DNA of 64,000 bases from an uncultured Acidobacteriota bacterium (GTDB lineage Bacteria > Acidobacteriota > Thermoanaerobaculia > Gp7-AA8). Location of the stretch: assembly GCA_963822445.1 (NCBI GenBank), contig CAWGHO010000001.1, forward strand, positions 1,408,001 through 1,472,000, in the 5' to 3' direction. The position numbers were made by a program, and so were the translations under genes. How positions within the stretch are numbered: the first letter of the stretch is position 1; each line of letters starts with the position of its first letter. The notes under the pieces are model-generated. The model had not been told where the DNA came from. It did not search any database and was given only the letters and a program-made list of their open reading frames with translations. Shown piece by piece: positions 30,448 through 40,438 of the stretch.

Positions 30448-31881
30448 TTACGGCAGGATCAGGCGGATCACCACGCGGCGGTTGCGGAGACGGCCTTCCG
30501 CGGTGGTGTTGTCACCGATCGGGTCGGACGTTCCGCGGCCTTCGACGGTGATACGCGTCGGGTCGATGCCGTGGCGGGTCACGAGGTAGTCGCGGACTGC
30601 TTCGGCGCGGCGGCGATCGAGGTCGCGGTTCGGACCCACGTTCTCACGATCGTCGGTGTAGCCGATGACCAGGGCCGTCGCGGAGGGTTCCTGCTTCATG
30701 CGCAGGGCGACTTCGTCGAGGATGGCCTTGGCGATGTTGGTCAGGCGTGCGGAGCCCGGCTCGAAGTGAATCTCATCGGTCCGGATCTCCTGCGGCTGCC
30801 TCGGCGGAGCCACGGGCGGCGGCGGAGGCGCAACCGGAGCGGGAGGCTCGGCCGCCGGCGGCGGCGGAACCGGAACCGGCGCCGGGGGCGGCGGGGTCGG
30901 AGCAGCCAGGTGCAGCGGCGCGAAGGTCAGACCGACCAGGCCGGACAGCGCGCAGTCGTCGAGCTCCGTGAAGCGGCACTCGTCATTGCCGTCGAAGAAC
31001 TTCGCGGCGTTCCAGCGGGCGCCCGCGTTCAGGGCCCAGCCGCTGGTTCCGAACCAGTGGCGGATACCGCTCACCAGGAAGATCGGAGAATCGGGGGCGC
31101 GGTCGCCACCGGTGTAGAAGATCGTGTTGATCTCGCTGATCCAGTTCGTCGTGCCGCCGAGCCAGCCCACCGGCCAGTTCAGGCCGGCATCGAGGCGGAA
31201 CTCGTTCGGAACGTCGACTTCGATCGCGTTGATGTCGTCGTCGTCGTGATCGCCGCGCGCGACGTAGGTCAGGCCCACGCTGGTGCGGCCGCCGGTCCAG
31301 TGACCGCCGAAGCCGATGTTGGTGCCGCCACCGGTCATCTCTTCATCGCCCGTCGGAAAATCGACGAACGCGGACAGAGCGAAGCGGTTCGGCGCATCGA
31401 CTGGAGTCAGGCCGATCTTGGTGGCCACACGGAAATCTCCGAGACCGCTCTCGTTGAAGATTCCCCGATGCAGATGGCCATGGATGAAGCCGGCCCGGTC
31501 GCCGCCGTTGGACACGATCCGGTCCCAGGGCAGCATCGCGCTGACTTCCCAGCGGTCGGTGATGCCGACGCCGACCGATCCGCTCAGACGGTACAGATCG
31601 TAGGAGAGGTCCTCGTATTCGCGCGCCGAAGCAGGCGCGAACTCGCGGGCTTCACCGGCGAGAAGGTCGTAGTCGTTGAAATAGACTCCGAACGACCAGT
31701 CGCCGCGACGGAGCGTGTCCGCCGTCACCGTCTCGAACAAGCCGGTCTGTCCACTCGCACTCGGAGCGAACATCCGCAACTGATCGTCGGTCGTCGGCAT
31801 GGTCACGTCCTGTGCGAGGACGCTCGTTCCGGCGATCAAAATGCACAACAATGAAAACTGCAGCCGATGCTTGAGACGCAA
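30448..31881 (-). CDS. OmpA family outer membrane protein
   Basis: Beta-barrel-like N-terminus, Pro-rich hinge, OmpA-C motifs GYTD, RRAEAVRDYL and NRRV; TTG start after SD AGGAGG. Confidence 0.88.
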   Translation of the reverse strand: MRLKHRLQFSLLCILIAGTSVLAQDVTMPTTDDQLRMFAPSASGQTGLFETVTADTLRRGDWSFGVYFNDYDLLAGEAREFAPASAREYEDLSYDLYRLSGSVGVGITDRWEVSAMLPWDRIVSNGGDRAGFIHGHLHRGIFNESGLGDFRVATKIGLTPVDAPNRFALSAFVDFPTGDEEMTGGGTNIGFGGHWTGGRTSVGLTYVARGDHDDDDINAIEVDVPNEFRLDAGLNWPVGWLGGTTNWISEINTIFYTGGDRAPDSPIFLVSGIRHWFGTSGWALNAGARWNAAKFFDGNDECRFTELDDCALSGLVGLTFAPLHLAAPTPPPPAPVPVPPPPAAEPPAPVAPPPPPVAPPRQPQEIRTDEIHFEPGSARLTNIAKAILDEVALRMKQEPSATALVIGYTDDRENVGPNRDLDRRRAEAVRDYLVTRHGIDPTRITVEGRGTSDPIGDNTTAEGRLRNRRVVIRLILP

Positions 31882-31938
31882 GTCACACCTCCTGAAACAA
31901 CTTCGCACGGTTATCCGCAATACAATGCTCCGCGCACC

Positions 31939-31954
31939 TACAAAAGATATGCCA
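31939..31954 (-). promoter_or_regulatory. Weak sigma-54 promoter candidate for the OmpA gene
   Basis: TGGCATATCTTTTGTA; -12 element is GT instead of GC. Confidence 0.4.
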
Positions 31955-32060
31955 GAGCTGATTGCGAGCGTCTACGTAAAGACTTCAAGTACTTGACTTT
32001 ACCATAGGTTGAGTCAGGCGTTATAACGTTGCGTCGCGAAAGAAGGGAACCCCCTCTGCA

Positions 32061-33365
32061 ATGACCAAGACTCTGCTCGGCGCTGTTTTGACGGCAATTG
32101 TTGCGCTTTCCACATTCGCGCAGACCACGCCTCCTCCCGATCCGCCCCCGGCCCCTCCCCCGAACCAGACGCCCCAGACTCCACCCCCTTCGGGCACGCC
32201 CGGCGTGCTCTCCGATGCCGCCAGCGGCGCCTATGAACGCCGCGACACGCTTCCCAGCGTCAACGTCTATCTGCCCGAGGGACAGGCCAGCATCCGGCTG
32301 CGCAAGCTCATTCGCAACGTTCTGTTCGAGAGCCAGATCGATTACGAGTTCGTCAACGGCGACATCTCCACCTATCTCCGCTACAAGTACTACGCACGCA
32401 ACTACACCTACCGCCTCGGCCTCTTCGACACCATCGAGTTCCCCGACCTCCAGTCGACCAAGGACAAGAATTTCGAGCGCGTGCGCGGCGGCCTGCTTCT
32501 CGTGGGCGTGCCGAAGGACTACAACAACCGCTACTTCTTCCTTTTGCAGAACGACCAGCTCACCTTCGGCGACGTCCTGCGCCCCGATGACCAGACCAGC
32601 AACATCTACGCGAAAGTCGGCTACCAGTACGGCACGCAGTTCGACGAGCGACTGAACTCGATCGTCGGTGAGCAGCGCGGCCGGATCACCCCCGTCCTGA
32701 CCGCGTTCCGCGACATTGGCCCGCAGAAGACCGGCCTCGCCGCGGCGGTCACCCAGGCGGCCAACGTCCTCTCCTCCGACTACACGTACACGAAGCTCGA
32801 GGCCGAGGGGCTGCGGCGGTTCGACATCACCGCGACGTCCTTCGTTTTCTCGCGGCTGCACATGGGGACGTTCCTGGCGCGCGAGGAAATCGTTCCGCCG
32901 CCTCTCCCCCGCGATCGCGACGGCGACGGCGACATCGATGACGACGATGCCACGCCGGAATGGGAGTTCTACGAGATCCCCCAGAACGAGCTCTTCCGCC
33001 TCGGCGGCCGCGAGGCCCTCAAGTCCGTCGGAGCCGATGAAGACGCGATCGGCACGCAGGAGATCCATCTGACGAACGAGCTGTTCGTGCCGATCTTCCG
33101 CAATCGCGATTACGACATCGGCCCGCTCAACTGGAACACGCTCTACGGCATCGGCTACCTCGGCGCGGGCGTGGTCGGCTTCGACTTCGGCGATCTCACC
33201 GACACCAGCAACGCCGTGGTCGACGTCGGCCTCGGAACCGAGTCCGCGATCACGTATCAGGACTGGGAGATCTACCTGAGCGTCATCGCCGCCCATCCCA
33301 TCGTGCAGCCGGAAGGGCTCGACGGGGGAACGAAGATCCGTTTCGCGGTCCGCACGGTTCGCTGA
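32061..33365 (+). CDS. Secreted, probable outer-membrane beta-barrel protein
   Basis: Signal peptide, Pro-rich N-terminus, amphipathic aromatic-rich strands, acidic loop DRDGDGDIDDDD. Confidence 0.65.
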   Translation: MTKTLLGAVLTAIVALSTFAQTTPPPDPPPAPPPNQTPQTPPPSGTPGVLSDAASGAYERRDTLPSVNVYLPEGQASIRLRKLIRNVLFESQIDYEFVNGDISTYLRYKYYARNYTYRLGLFDTIEFPDLQSTKDKNFERVRGGLLLVGVPKDYNNRYFFLLQNDQLTFGDVLRPDDQTSNIYAKVGYQYGTQFDERLNSIVGEQRGRITPVLTAFRDIGPQKTGLAAAVTQAANVLSSDYTYTKLEAEGLRRFDITATSFVFSRLHMGTFLAREEIVPPPLPRDRDGDGDIDDDDATPEWEFYEIPQNELFRLGGREALKSVGADEDAIGTQEIHLTNELFVPIFRNRDYDIGPLNWNTLYGIGYLGAGVVGFDFGDLTDTSNAVVDVGLGTESAITYQDWEIYLSVIAAHPIVQPEGLDGGTKIRFAVRTVR

Positions 33366-33370
33366 AAAAC

Positions 33371-33402
33371 GAAAAGGCCGGGCGACGCTGCCCGGCCTTC
33401 CT
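33371..33402. terminator. Probable bidirectional terminator
   Basis: AAGGCCGGGC-gacgct-GCCCGGCCTT between convergent genes. Confidence 0.7.
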
Positions 33403-33421
33403 TCGTTCGTTCGTGTAGGAG

Positions 33422-33901
33422 TTAGAAGCGGTTGAGGTTCATTTCGACCGACTTCACGCCGTCGATGCTGCGAAGCACCTGCGACGCGACGTCTTTCTGC
33501 AGCTCGTGCGTAACCGAGCCGGCCACGCGGATGACGCCTTTTTCGGATGACACGGTGAAACGGCAGCCGTCGAGCGAGCGGTGCAGGCTCAGCTCGCGCT
33601 CGGCAGCGCGGGTCATGGCGGCGTCGTGATTCTCGACCGTCTGGACGAGGTTGGCGACGCGGGCATAGCCCAGGCTGGCGGCGTGACGGCTGAGGAGCTC
33701 AGCCTGTTCCTTGTCGGTCACCCGTCCGCGGATGACCACGATCCCTGAAACTTCGTAAACCTGCAGACGGTCGACGGTCGCTCCGCTGTTCCGGAACTGA
33801 TCGGTGAGGTCGGTGGTCTGCGGTGTAGCGGCCAGAGCGGCCGGGGTAAGCGCGATCAGGAAAACTGCGATGGCAACGGTACGGGCTGTCGTGCTCATCA
33901 T
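33422..33901 (-). CDS. BON domain protein
   Basis: Signal peptide; two BON-like units (GIVVIRGRV; GVIRVAGSV...IDGVKSV). Confidence 0.8.
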   Translation of the reverse strand: MMSTTARTVAIAVFLIALTPAALAATPQTTDLTDQFRNSGATVDRLQVYEVSGIVVIRGRVTDKEQAELLSRHAASLGYARVANLVQTVENHDAAMTRAAERELSLHRSLDGCRFTVSSEKGVIRVAGSVTHELQKDVASQVLRSIDGVKSVEMNLNRF

Positions 33902-33930
33902 GTTATTTGTTATCTCCTGACCCAGTATAG

Positions 33931-33946
33931 AGCACCGACCGTGCCA
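33931..33946 (-). promoter_or_regulatory. Sigma-54 promoter candidate for the BON gene
   Basis: TGGCACGGTCGGTGCT. Confidence 0.6.
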
Positions 33947-33970
33947 TCTTCGCTAATCTCGTGAGGACAA

Positions 33971-34159
33971 TCACTTAGCGGATGAGGTTCGCAAAATTTG
34001 CGCATCGGGCCGCGGCGGCTCCATAGATACGATGGCCGGCCCATTTTCGTCGTCATGCGGCTCGGTGCGGGTGTGGTGGAGGTACACCCGGTAGAGAAGG
34101 GTGAGGGCCAGAGCGAGCACGGCTACGAAACCGGTCATGGCCAGGAGGCGGCGGGTCAT
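33971..34159 (-). CDS. Small single-TM hypothetical protein (62 aa)
   Basis: N-terminal TM helix; fills the gap between the BON gene and mutL; preceded by a sigma-54 motif. Confidence 0.55.
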   Translation of the reverse strand: MTRRLLAMTGFVAVLALALTLLYRVYLHHTRTEPHDDENGPAIVSMEPPRPDAQILRTSSAK

Positions 34160-34171
34160 ACCACCGCCGGC

Positions 34172-34187
34172 AGCAATGGAGTTGCCA
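34172..34187 (-). promoter_or_regulatory. Sigma-54 promoter candidate
   Basis: TGGCAACTCCATTGCT; predicted +1 about 2 nt before ATG 34159. Confidence 0.6.
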
Positions 34188-34200
34188 GTTACAATTCACC

Positions 34201-35991
34201 ATGCCCCGCATTCAGGTCCTCCCCTCCGATCTCGTGAACCAGATCGCCGCGGGGGAGGTGGTCGAGCGCCCCGCCTCCGTGGTCAAAGAGCTGGTCGAAA
34301 ACGCCATCGACGCGGGGGCCACGGCCATCGACATCCTCCTCGAGAACGGCGGCAAGAAGCTCATCGAGGTGCGCGACAACGGCTTCGGGATGGAGGAGGC
34401 CGACGCGATCCTGGCCATCGAGCGCCACGCCACCTCCAAGATCCGCGATTTCGACGACCTCACCCGCGTCCAGACCCTCGGCTTTCGCGGCGAGGCCCTC
34501 CCCTCGATCGCCAGCGTTTCCCGCTTCACCCTGACCACTTCCGCGAATGAAACCGGAGCGGCGACGGAGATCGTCTGCGATCCGCTCACCGGCCGTCGCG
34601 ACGTCCGCCCCGCCGCCCGCGACCGCGGCACGACCATCTCCGTGCGCGAGCTGTTCGAGAACGTCCCCGCACGGCGCAAGTTCCTGCGCAGCGCCGATGC
34701 GGAGTTCCGCTCGATCGTGACCATCGTTTCGTCCTACGCGTTGCCGCTGCCGTCGCGAGCATTCCGGCTCGAGCACAACGGCCGCGTGGTTCTCGATCTC
34801 CCGCCCGCCACCACCGGCCGCGAGCGCGTTCTGCAGATCCTCGGCAGCGACGCGGACGCGCATCTCGAAGACGTCGACGGCACGATCGGGGAGACCCGCG
34901 CGGCCGGATACGTCACCCGCGGACTTCGCTTCGGCAGCCGCCGCAATCAGTTCTTCTTCGTGAACGGCCGCCTGGTGAAAGACAAGGTGCTGACGCATGC
35001 CGCGAATCGCGCCTGCGAGTCGTTCGACTTCGAGGGCTATCCGGCAGTGGTGCTCTTTCTCGATGTCCCGCCGGAGCTGGTCGATGTGAACGTGCATCCG
35101 GCGAAGACCGAGGTGCGGTTCCGCGATTCCTCGCAAGTCCACGTCGCCGTCGAGCATGCCCTCCGCAACGCCCTCGGCGGCGCCGAGGAAGGGAAGGAGC
35201 TTCTCGGACCGGCGTCGCTGGCGCCGCAGCCTTCGAGCGTCTCGCTGATGCCTGGCGGCTCGCCGCTGTTCACGCCGCAGGTGTACGACAGCGCGCCGAA
35301 ATGGTCGTCCTCGTTCACGCCGCTCTTCCAACGCGAAGCGGTGGTCCAGCCGCCGGTGCGTGTGCAAAGTGCGAGCGTCGCGGTCGAAGAGGAAGAGGCG
35401 GCGCCGCAGCTCGGCGATCTGCAGGGACGGGTCATCGGCCAGTACCGCCTCAGCTACATCCTGCTCGACACGCCGGGCGGGCTGCGGCTCGTCGATCAAC
35501 ACGTCGCTCACGAGCGCGTGCTCTACGACCGGTATCTGGCCAGGCTCGAAGCGCGGCAGCCGATGTCCCAGCAACTGCTCACGCCGATCCTCTACGAGAC
35601 CGGCGCCGCGGAGAGCGCGGTGCTCGAGTCGCATCTCGATGAATTGCGCGCCGTGGGCTTCGATCTGGAACGCTTCTCCGGCAACGCCTTCGCCATCGCC
35701 GCTGTGCCGCCGGAGCTGTTGCGTCACGACGTCGACACGTTCCTGCGCAAGCTGATCGACGCCTCGCTCGAGGAGAAGTCGTCGCACGTGATCAAAGTCC
35801 GCGAGCGCATCGCCGCGTCGCTGGCCTGCCAGGCCGCGATCAAGGTTCATCGCCCGCTGGGCGGCGAGGAGATGGCTCGCGTCGTCGCGGAACTGCTCCA
35901 GTCCTCGAATCCCTTCGCCTGCCCACACGGCCGCCCGATCATCGTCGACATCAAGCATCTCGACATCGAGCGGCACTTCCACAGGAAGTAG
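34201..35991 (+). CDS. mutL: DNA mismatch repair endonuclease MutL
   Basis: NQIAAGEVVERPASVVKELVEN, GFRGEAL, DQHVAHER, CPHGRP. Confidence 0.98.
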   Translation: MPRIQVLPSDLVNQIAAGEVVERPASVVKELVENAIDAGATAIDILLENGGKKLIEVRDNGFGMEEADAILAIERHATSKIRDFDDLTRVQTLGFRGEALPSIASVSRFTLTTSANETGAATEIVCDPLTGRRDVRPAARDRGTTISVRELFENVPARRKFLRSADAEFRSIVTIVSSYALPLPSRAFRLEHNGRVVLDLPPATTGRERVLQILGSDADAHLEDVDGTIGETRAAGYVTRGLRFGSRRNQFFFVNGRLVKDKVLTHAANRACESFDFEGYPAVVLFLDVPPELVDVNVHPAKTEVRFRDSSQVHVAVEHALRNALGGAEEGKELLGPASLAPQPSSVSLMPGGSPLFTPQVYDSAPKWSSSFTPLFQREAVVQPPVRVQSASVAVEEEEAAPQLGDLQGRVIGQYRLSYILLDTPGGLRLVDQHVAHERVLYDRYLARLEARQPMSQQLLTPILYETGAAESAVLESHLDELRAVGFDLERFSGNAFAIAAVPPELLRHDVDTFLRKLIDASLEEKSSHVIKVRERIAASLACQAAIKVHRPLGGEEMARVVAELLQSSNPFACPHGRPIIVDIKHLDIERHFHRK

Positions 35992-35998
35992 AGTTTCT

Positions 35999-36034
35999 AG
36001 GCTCAAAGGCGCAAAGGCTCATAGGTTCACAGGG
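35999..36034. repeat. Half element, AGGCTCAA 8-mer family
   Basis: AGGCTCAA AGGCGCAA AGGCTCAT AGGTTCAC with no inverted arm. Confidence 0.7.
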
Positions 36035-36421
36035 GTGACGCCTGCGCAATTGGGCCGGTTCGGAGAATGGCGAGCGGCGTGGTTTTACCGCGTCCGCGGC
36101 TACTCCATTTTGGAGCGCAACCTGCGGCTTGGCGCGGGGGAAATCGATCTCGTCGTGTCACGCGGTGCGACGATCGTCATCGCCGAGGTGAAGACGAGGC
36201 AGACGCGGTTTGCCGGCGAAGGGCATGAAGCGGTGACGCGCGTGAAGCGCGAGCGGATGATCAAGCTCGGCGATCAATACGCGGCACGGCATCCCGAAGC
36301 GCGGCTGCGCTACGACATCCTCTCCATCTTCTGGACGGGCTGGCGCTTCATGGTGACGCACTACGAAGATGCCTTCCGACCGATGGCCGACGCGAAACGT
36401 CCCTGGCTCTGGCGCGCTTAG
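36035..36421 (+). CDS. yraN: YraN (UPF0102) family protein
   Basis: G..GE..A, GEIDL, EVKTR, RYDI. Confidence 0.9.
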   Translation: MTPAQLGRFGEWRAAWFYRVRGYSILERNLRLGAGEIDLVVSRGATIVIAEVKTRQTRFAGEGHEAVTRVKRERMIKLGDQYAARHPEARLRYDILSIFWTGWRFMVTHYEDAFRPMADAKRPWLWRA

Positions 36422-38199
36422 CTGCGCAGGCGGATCTCGACGTCGAGGCGATAACGCCCTTCCGGCCACGACTTCAAGAACGCCCGCCACATCGCAGGCG
36501 TATTCGCCGCCGCGGCCATCTCGTACTCCGCGGCTTCCTGGCGGCACTTCCGCGCTTCATCGATGCGCGGCGCGTCGGGATAGGTCGCCAGATAGTGATC
36601 CCACGCGCTGACCGTCCCGGCCTCCCAGGCCGCGTTGAAGTCGCCTTCGATGATGGCCAGCCGTGCGAGCGCTCTTCGGGCGATGCTCGCGAACTGCCCC
36701 TGCGGCCGCGTTTTCAGATAGCGCTGCAACGCATCGGGATCGCCAAGGGTCAGCACCTCGTCCCAGGCTCGCTGATCTTCCGCGGCATCGAGGCCGGCGA
36801 TCAGCTTCTTCGCTTCGTTCTCCAGCAGCCCGTTTGGCCAGACCCGCGAGAACTCCTGAAGTGCGGCAAGTCCTCCCCGCTTCGCAGCCTCGAACGCCGT
36901 CGCCTCCCGCAGATGCTCCTCGGCATGCGCGCTCAGCTTCCCGTCCGGAAACTCTTCGAGGAAGGCCTGCCAGGCCGCGGAGTTCTTCGAAGAGAGTGCG
37001 ACGCTGTACGCGATGTCCTCGCGCACGCGCGCCGCTTCGAGCCGCTGTTCCGCGGTCGCCGCGTGACGATCGCCGGACCACTTCTCCAGGTAATCGCTCC
37101 AGGCATCTTCGGTATCCATCGCCGCCGCGCTGTCGAACGCCAGCCGCTCGGCGATCGCGCTTTCGGCATCGGCGACGCGATGCTTCGGATACTTCGCGCG
37201 GAAATCGCGATACGCGTTGTACGTATCCGCCTTGACCGCGGCCTCCCACGCCTCGTCGATGCGGCCTCGCTCTTCGACGCTGACTTCCATCGTCCGCACG
37301 CCCTCGCGCGGCGACGCCGGCGCCCACGGCCGAAGCGCCTCGGCCAGCTCGTGAGCATCGCTGAACCGCTTGCGGCGATCCTTGGCCAGGCAACGCAGCA
37401 CGATCATCTCGAGCTCGGGCGGGATCTCCAGATGCGGATCGGCCTCGAAGAAGCGGGGCGGCTGCACGGTCAGGTGCTGCACGATGTAGCCGCTCGCCGT
37501 GCGCGCCTGAAACGGCGGAACGCCGGCCAGCATCTCGTACAGCACGACTCCGAGGGAGTAGAGATCGGCGCGGCCGTCGAGAGAATCCCCTTCATCCAAC
37601 TCGCCGAGCTGCTCGGGCGACATGTACTTCGGGTTGCCCATGAACACGCCGGCCTGGGTCGTCTCCGCTTCCTTCGAGACATCCTTGGCCACGCCGAGAT
37701 CGATGATCTTCACGTGCATGCGCCGGTCGGCTTCGAACGAGAGCATCACGTTGTCCGTGGAGATGTCGCGATGCAGCAGGCCTTTGCCGTGGATGTGCTC
37801 CAGACCCGACAGAATCTGCATGGTCACTTCGATCGCCAGCGGAATGGGGAAGCGGCCGTTGCTCGCCTCCCACTGGCGCAGCGTCACGCCGTCGATGAAC
37901 TCCGTGACCTTGTAGCTCGCGCCGTTCTCGGCGAAGGTGAAGTCGTGCACGACGGCGACATTGGGATGATGGATCTGCGTGGCCAATCGCGCTTCGCTGA
38001 GGAAGCGATGCCGATACACGGGATCGGCGAGCAGCGCCGCCTTCATCACTTTGATGCAGCGGAACGCGCCGAGGTGAACGTGGCGGGCCTTGTAGACCTC
38101 GCCCATTCCGCCCTCGCCGAGGAGCTCGAGGATCTCGTACTTCTCGTCGATGCGTGCGCCAGGGGCGAGTGTCGCCGCGGGTGCAAAGTCGTCCGGCAT
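36418..38199 (-). CDS. Cytoplasmic Hanks-type Ser/Thr kinase with C-terminal helical repeats
   Basis: LGEGGMGEVY, HRDIS, DLG, YMSPE, DLYSLG; repeats of the form AW..(F/Y)L..(Y/W/F)P.G. Confidence 0.92.
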   Translation of the reverse strand: MPDDFAPAATLAPGARIDEKYEILELLGEGGMGEVYKARHVHLGAFRCIKVMKAALLADPVYRHRFLSEARLATQIHHPNVAVVHDFTFAENGASYKVTEFIDGVTLRQWEASNGRFPIPLAIEVTMQILSGLEHIHGKGLLHRDISTDNVMLSFEADRRMHVKIIDLGVAKDVSKEAETTQAGVFMGNPKYMSPEQLGELDEGDSLDGRADLYSLGVVLYEMLAGVPPFQARTASGYIVQHLTVQPPRFFEADPHLEIPPELEMIVLRCLAKDRRKRFSDAHELAEALRPWAPASPREGVRTMEVSVEERGRIDEAWEAAVKADTYNAYRDFRAKYPKHRVADAESAIAERLAFDSAAAMDTEDAWSDYLEKWSGDRHAATAEQRLEAARVREDIAYSVALSSKNSAAWQAFLEEFPDGKLSAHAEEHLREATAFEAAKRGGLAALQEFSRVWPNGLLENEAKKLIAGLDAAEDQRAWDEVLTLGDPDALQRYLKTRPQGQFASIARRALARLAIIEGDFNAAWEAGTVSAWDHYLATYPDAPRIDEARKCRQEAAEYEMAAAANTPAMWRAFLKSWPEGRYRLDVEIRLRS

Positions 38200-38214
38200 T
38201 GGAGGTGCGGATGA

Positions 38215-38793
38215 CTATACGCTCGCCGGGACTTGGGCCGGAAGGATGGACTGCCGCCACTCACGCAGTCCCTGGATGCACAGCACCAGGAACACGACGT
38301 ACAACCCGGCGAACAGGTACAGGCCGCGCGAGGCGTACAGCGGAATGGCCACGAGGTCGACCACGATCCAGAGCCACCACGACTGCAGATGCTTGCGCGC
38401 CGTCAGCCACTGGGCGACGAGGCTGGCCACCAGGATGAAGCCGTCGATGTAGGGAGCGTCGGCCTTCAGCTGCACTTTTGCGAACGTGCCCCAGACCGCG
38501 GTAAGTACGATCGTCACGACCATCCAGACGCTCATCGCCCTCGCACTCATCCGGGTCACCGGAACCTCCGCGCGAAGGTTGCCGCCGCGCGTCCAATGAA
38601 CCCAGCCGTAGAGGTTCAGCACAGCGAAGAAGCCCTGCAGGATCGCGTCGGAGAAGAGCCGCTGCTGGTAGAAGACCCAGGCCGAGAGGGTGACCTGGAC
38701 GATGGCGAAGGCGAAGTTCCAGATGTTCTGGCGGACCAGCAGCCAGACGCACAGCACACCAGCCACGGTGGCCACCGCTTCGATCCAGGTCAT
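38215..38793 (-). CDS. pnuC: Nicotinamide riboside transporter PnuC family
   Basis: LYGWVHW, PYID, SLVAQWL, W.LWIVVD. Confidence 0.9.
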   Translation of the reverse strand: MTWIEAVATVAGVLCVWLLVRQNIWNFAFAIVQVTLSAWVFYQQRLFSDAILQGFFAVLNLYGWVHWTRGGNLRAEVPVTRMSARAMSVWMVVTIVLTAVWGTFAKVQLKADAPYIDGFILVASLVAQWLTARKHLQSWWLWIVVDLVAIPLYASRGLYLFAGLYVVFLVLCIQGLREWRQSILPAQVPASV

Positions 38794-38796
38794 GGC

Positions 38797-38832
38797 AAAA
38801 ACACGAAGGGCCGCGATCTCTCGCGGCCCTTC
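38797..38832 (-). terminator. Hairpin/terminator downstream of tRNA-Gly
   Basis: GAAGGGCCGCGA-loop-TCGCGGCCCTTC followed by GTGTTTTT on the minus strand. Confidence 0.7.
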
Positions 38833-38846
38833 AAATCATTTACGGT

Positions 38847-38922
<76 letters not shown>

Positions 38923-39011
38923 TTAACGAGACGCGAACTGTAGTCAGCGACCTGTTCACTGTCAAGCGTCGTGCAGGTCCGCTAACGCCCTCCCCGTGAG
39001 GTCTATTTCCG

Positions 39012-40358
<1,347 letters not shown>

Positions 40359-40363
40359 GTCGT

Positions 40364-40438
40364 AGGCTCAGAGGCTCAAAGGCGCAGAGGCTCAAAGCTT
40401 CTCTTTGCGCCTTTGAGGCTTTGAGCCTTTGAGCCTTT
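40364..40438. repeat. Inverted tandem 8-mer hairpin, AGGCTCAA family
   Basis: AGGCTCAG AGGCTCAA AGGCGCAG AGGCTCAA AG-cttct-CTTTGCGC CTTTGAGG CTTTGAGC CTTTGAGC. Confidence 0.88.

Noticed and set aside
30211-31854. Long antisense or alternate-frame ORFs (for example 30211-31854, 28206-30116, 40429-42756, 55838-57574)
   Set aside because: Shadow ORFs of high-GC coding sequence opposite well-supported genes; no recognisable motifs.
32016-32032. Possible sigma-54 motif upstream of the 32061 gene
   Set aside because: The GG-to-GC spacing is off by 2 nt; the nearby TATAAC fits a sigma-70 -10 box better.
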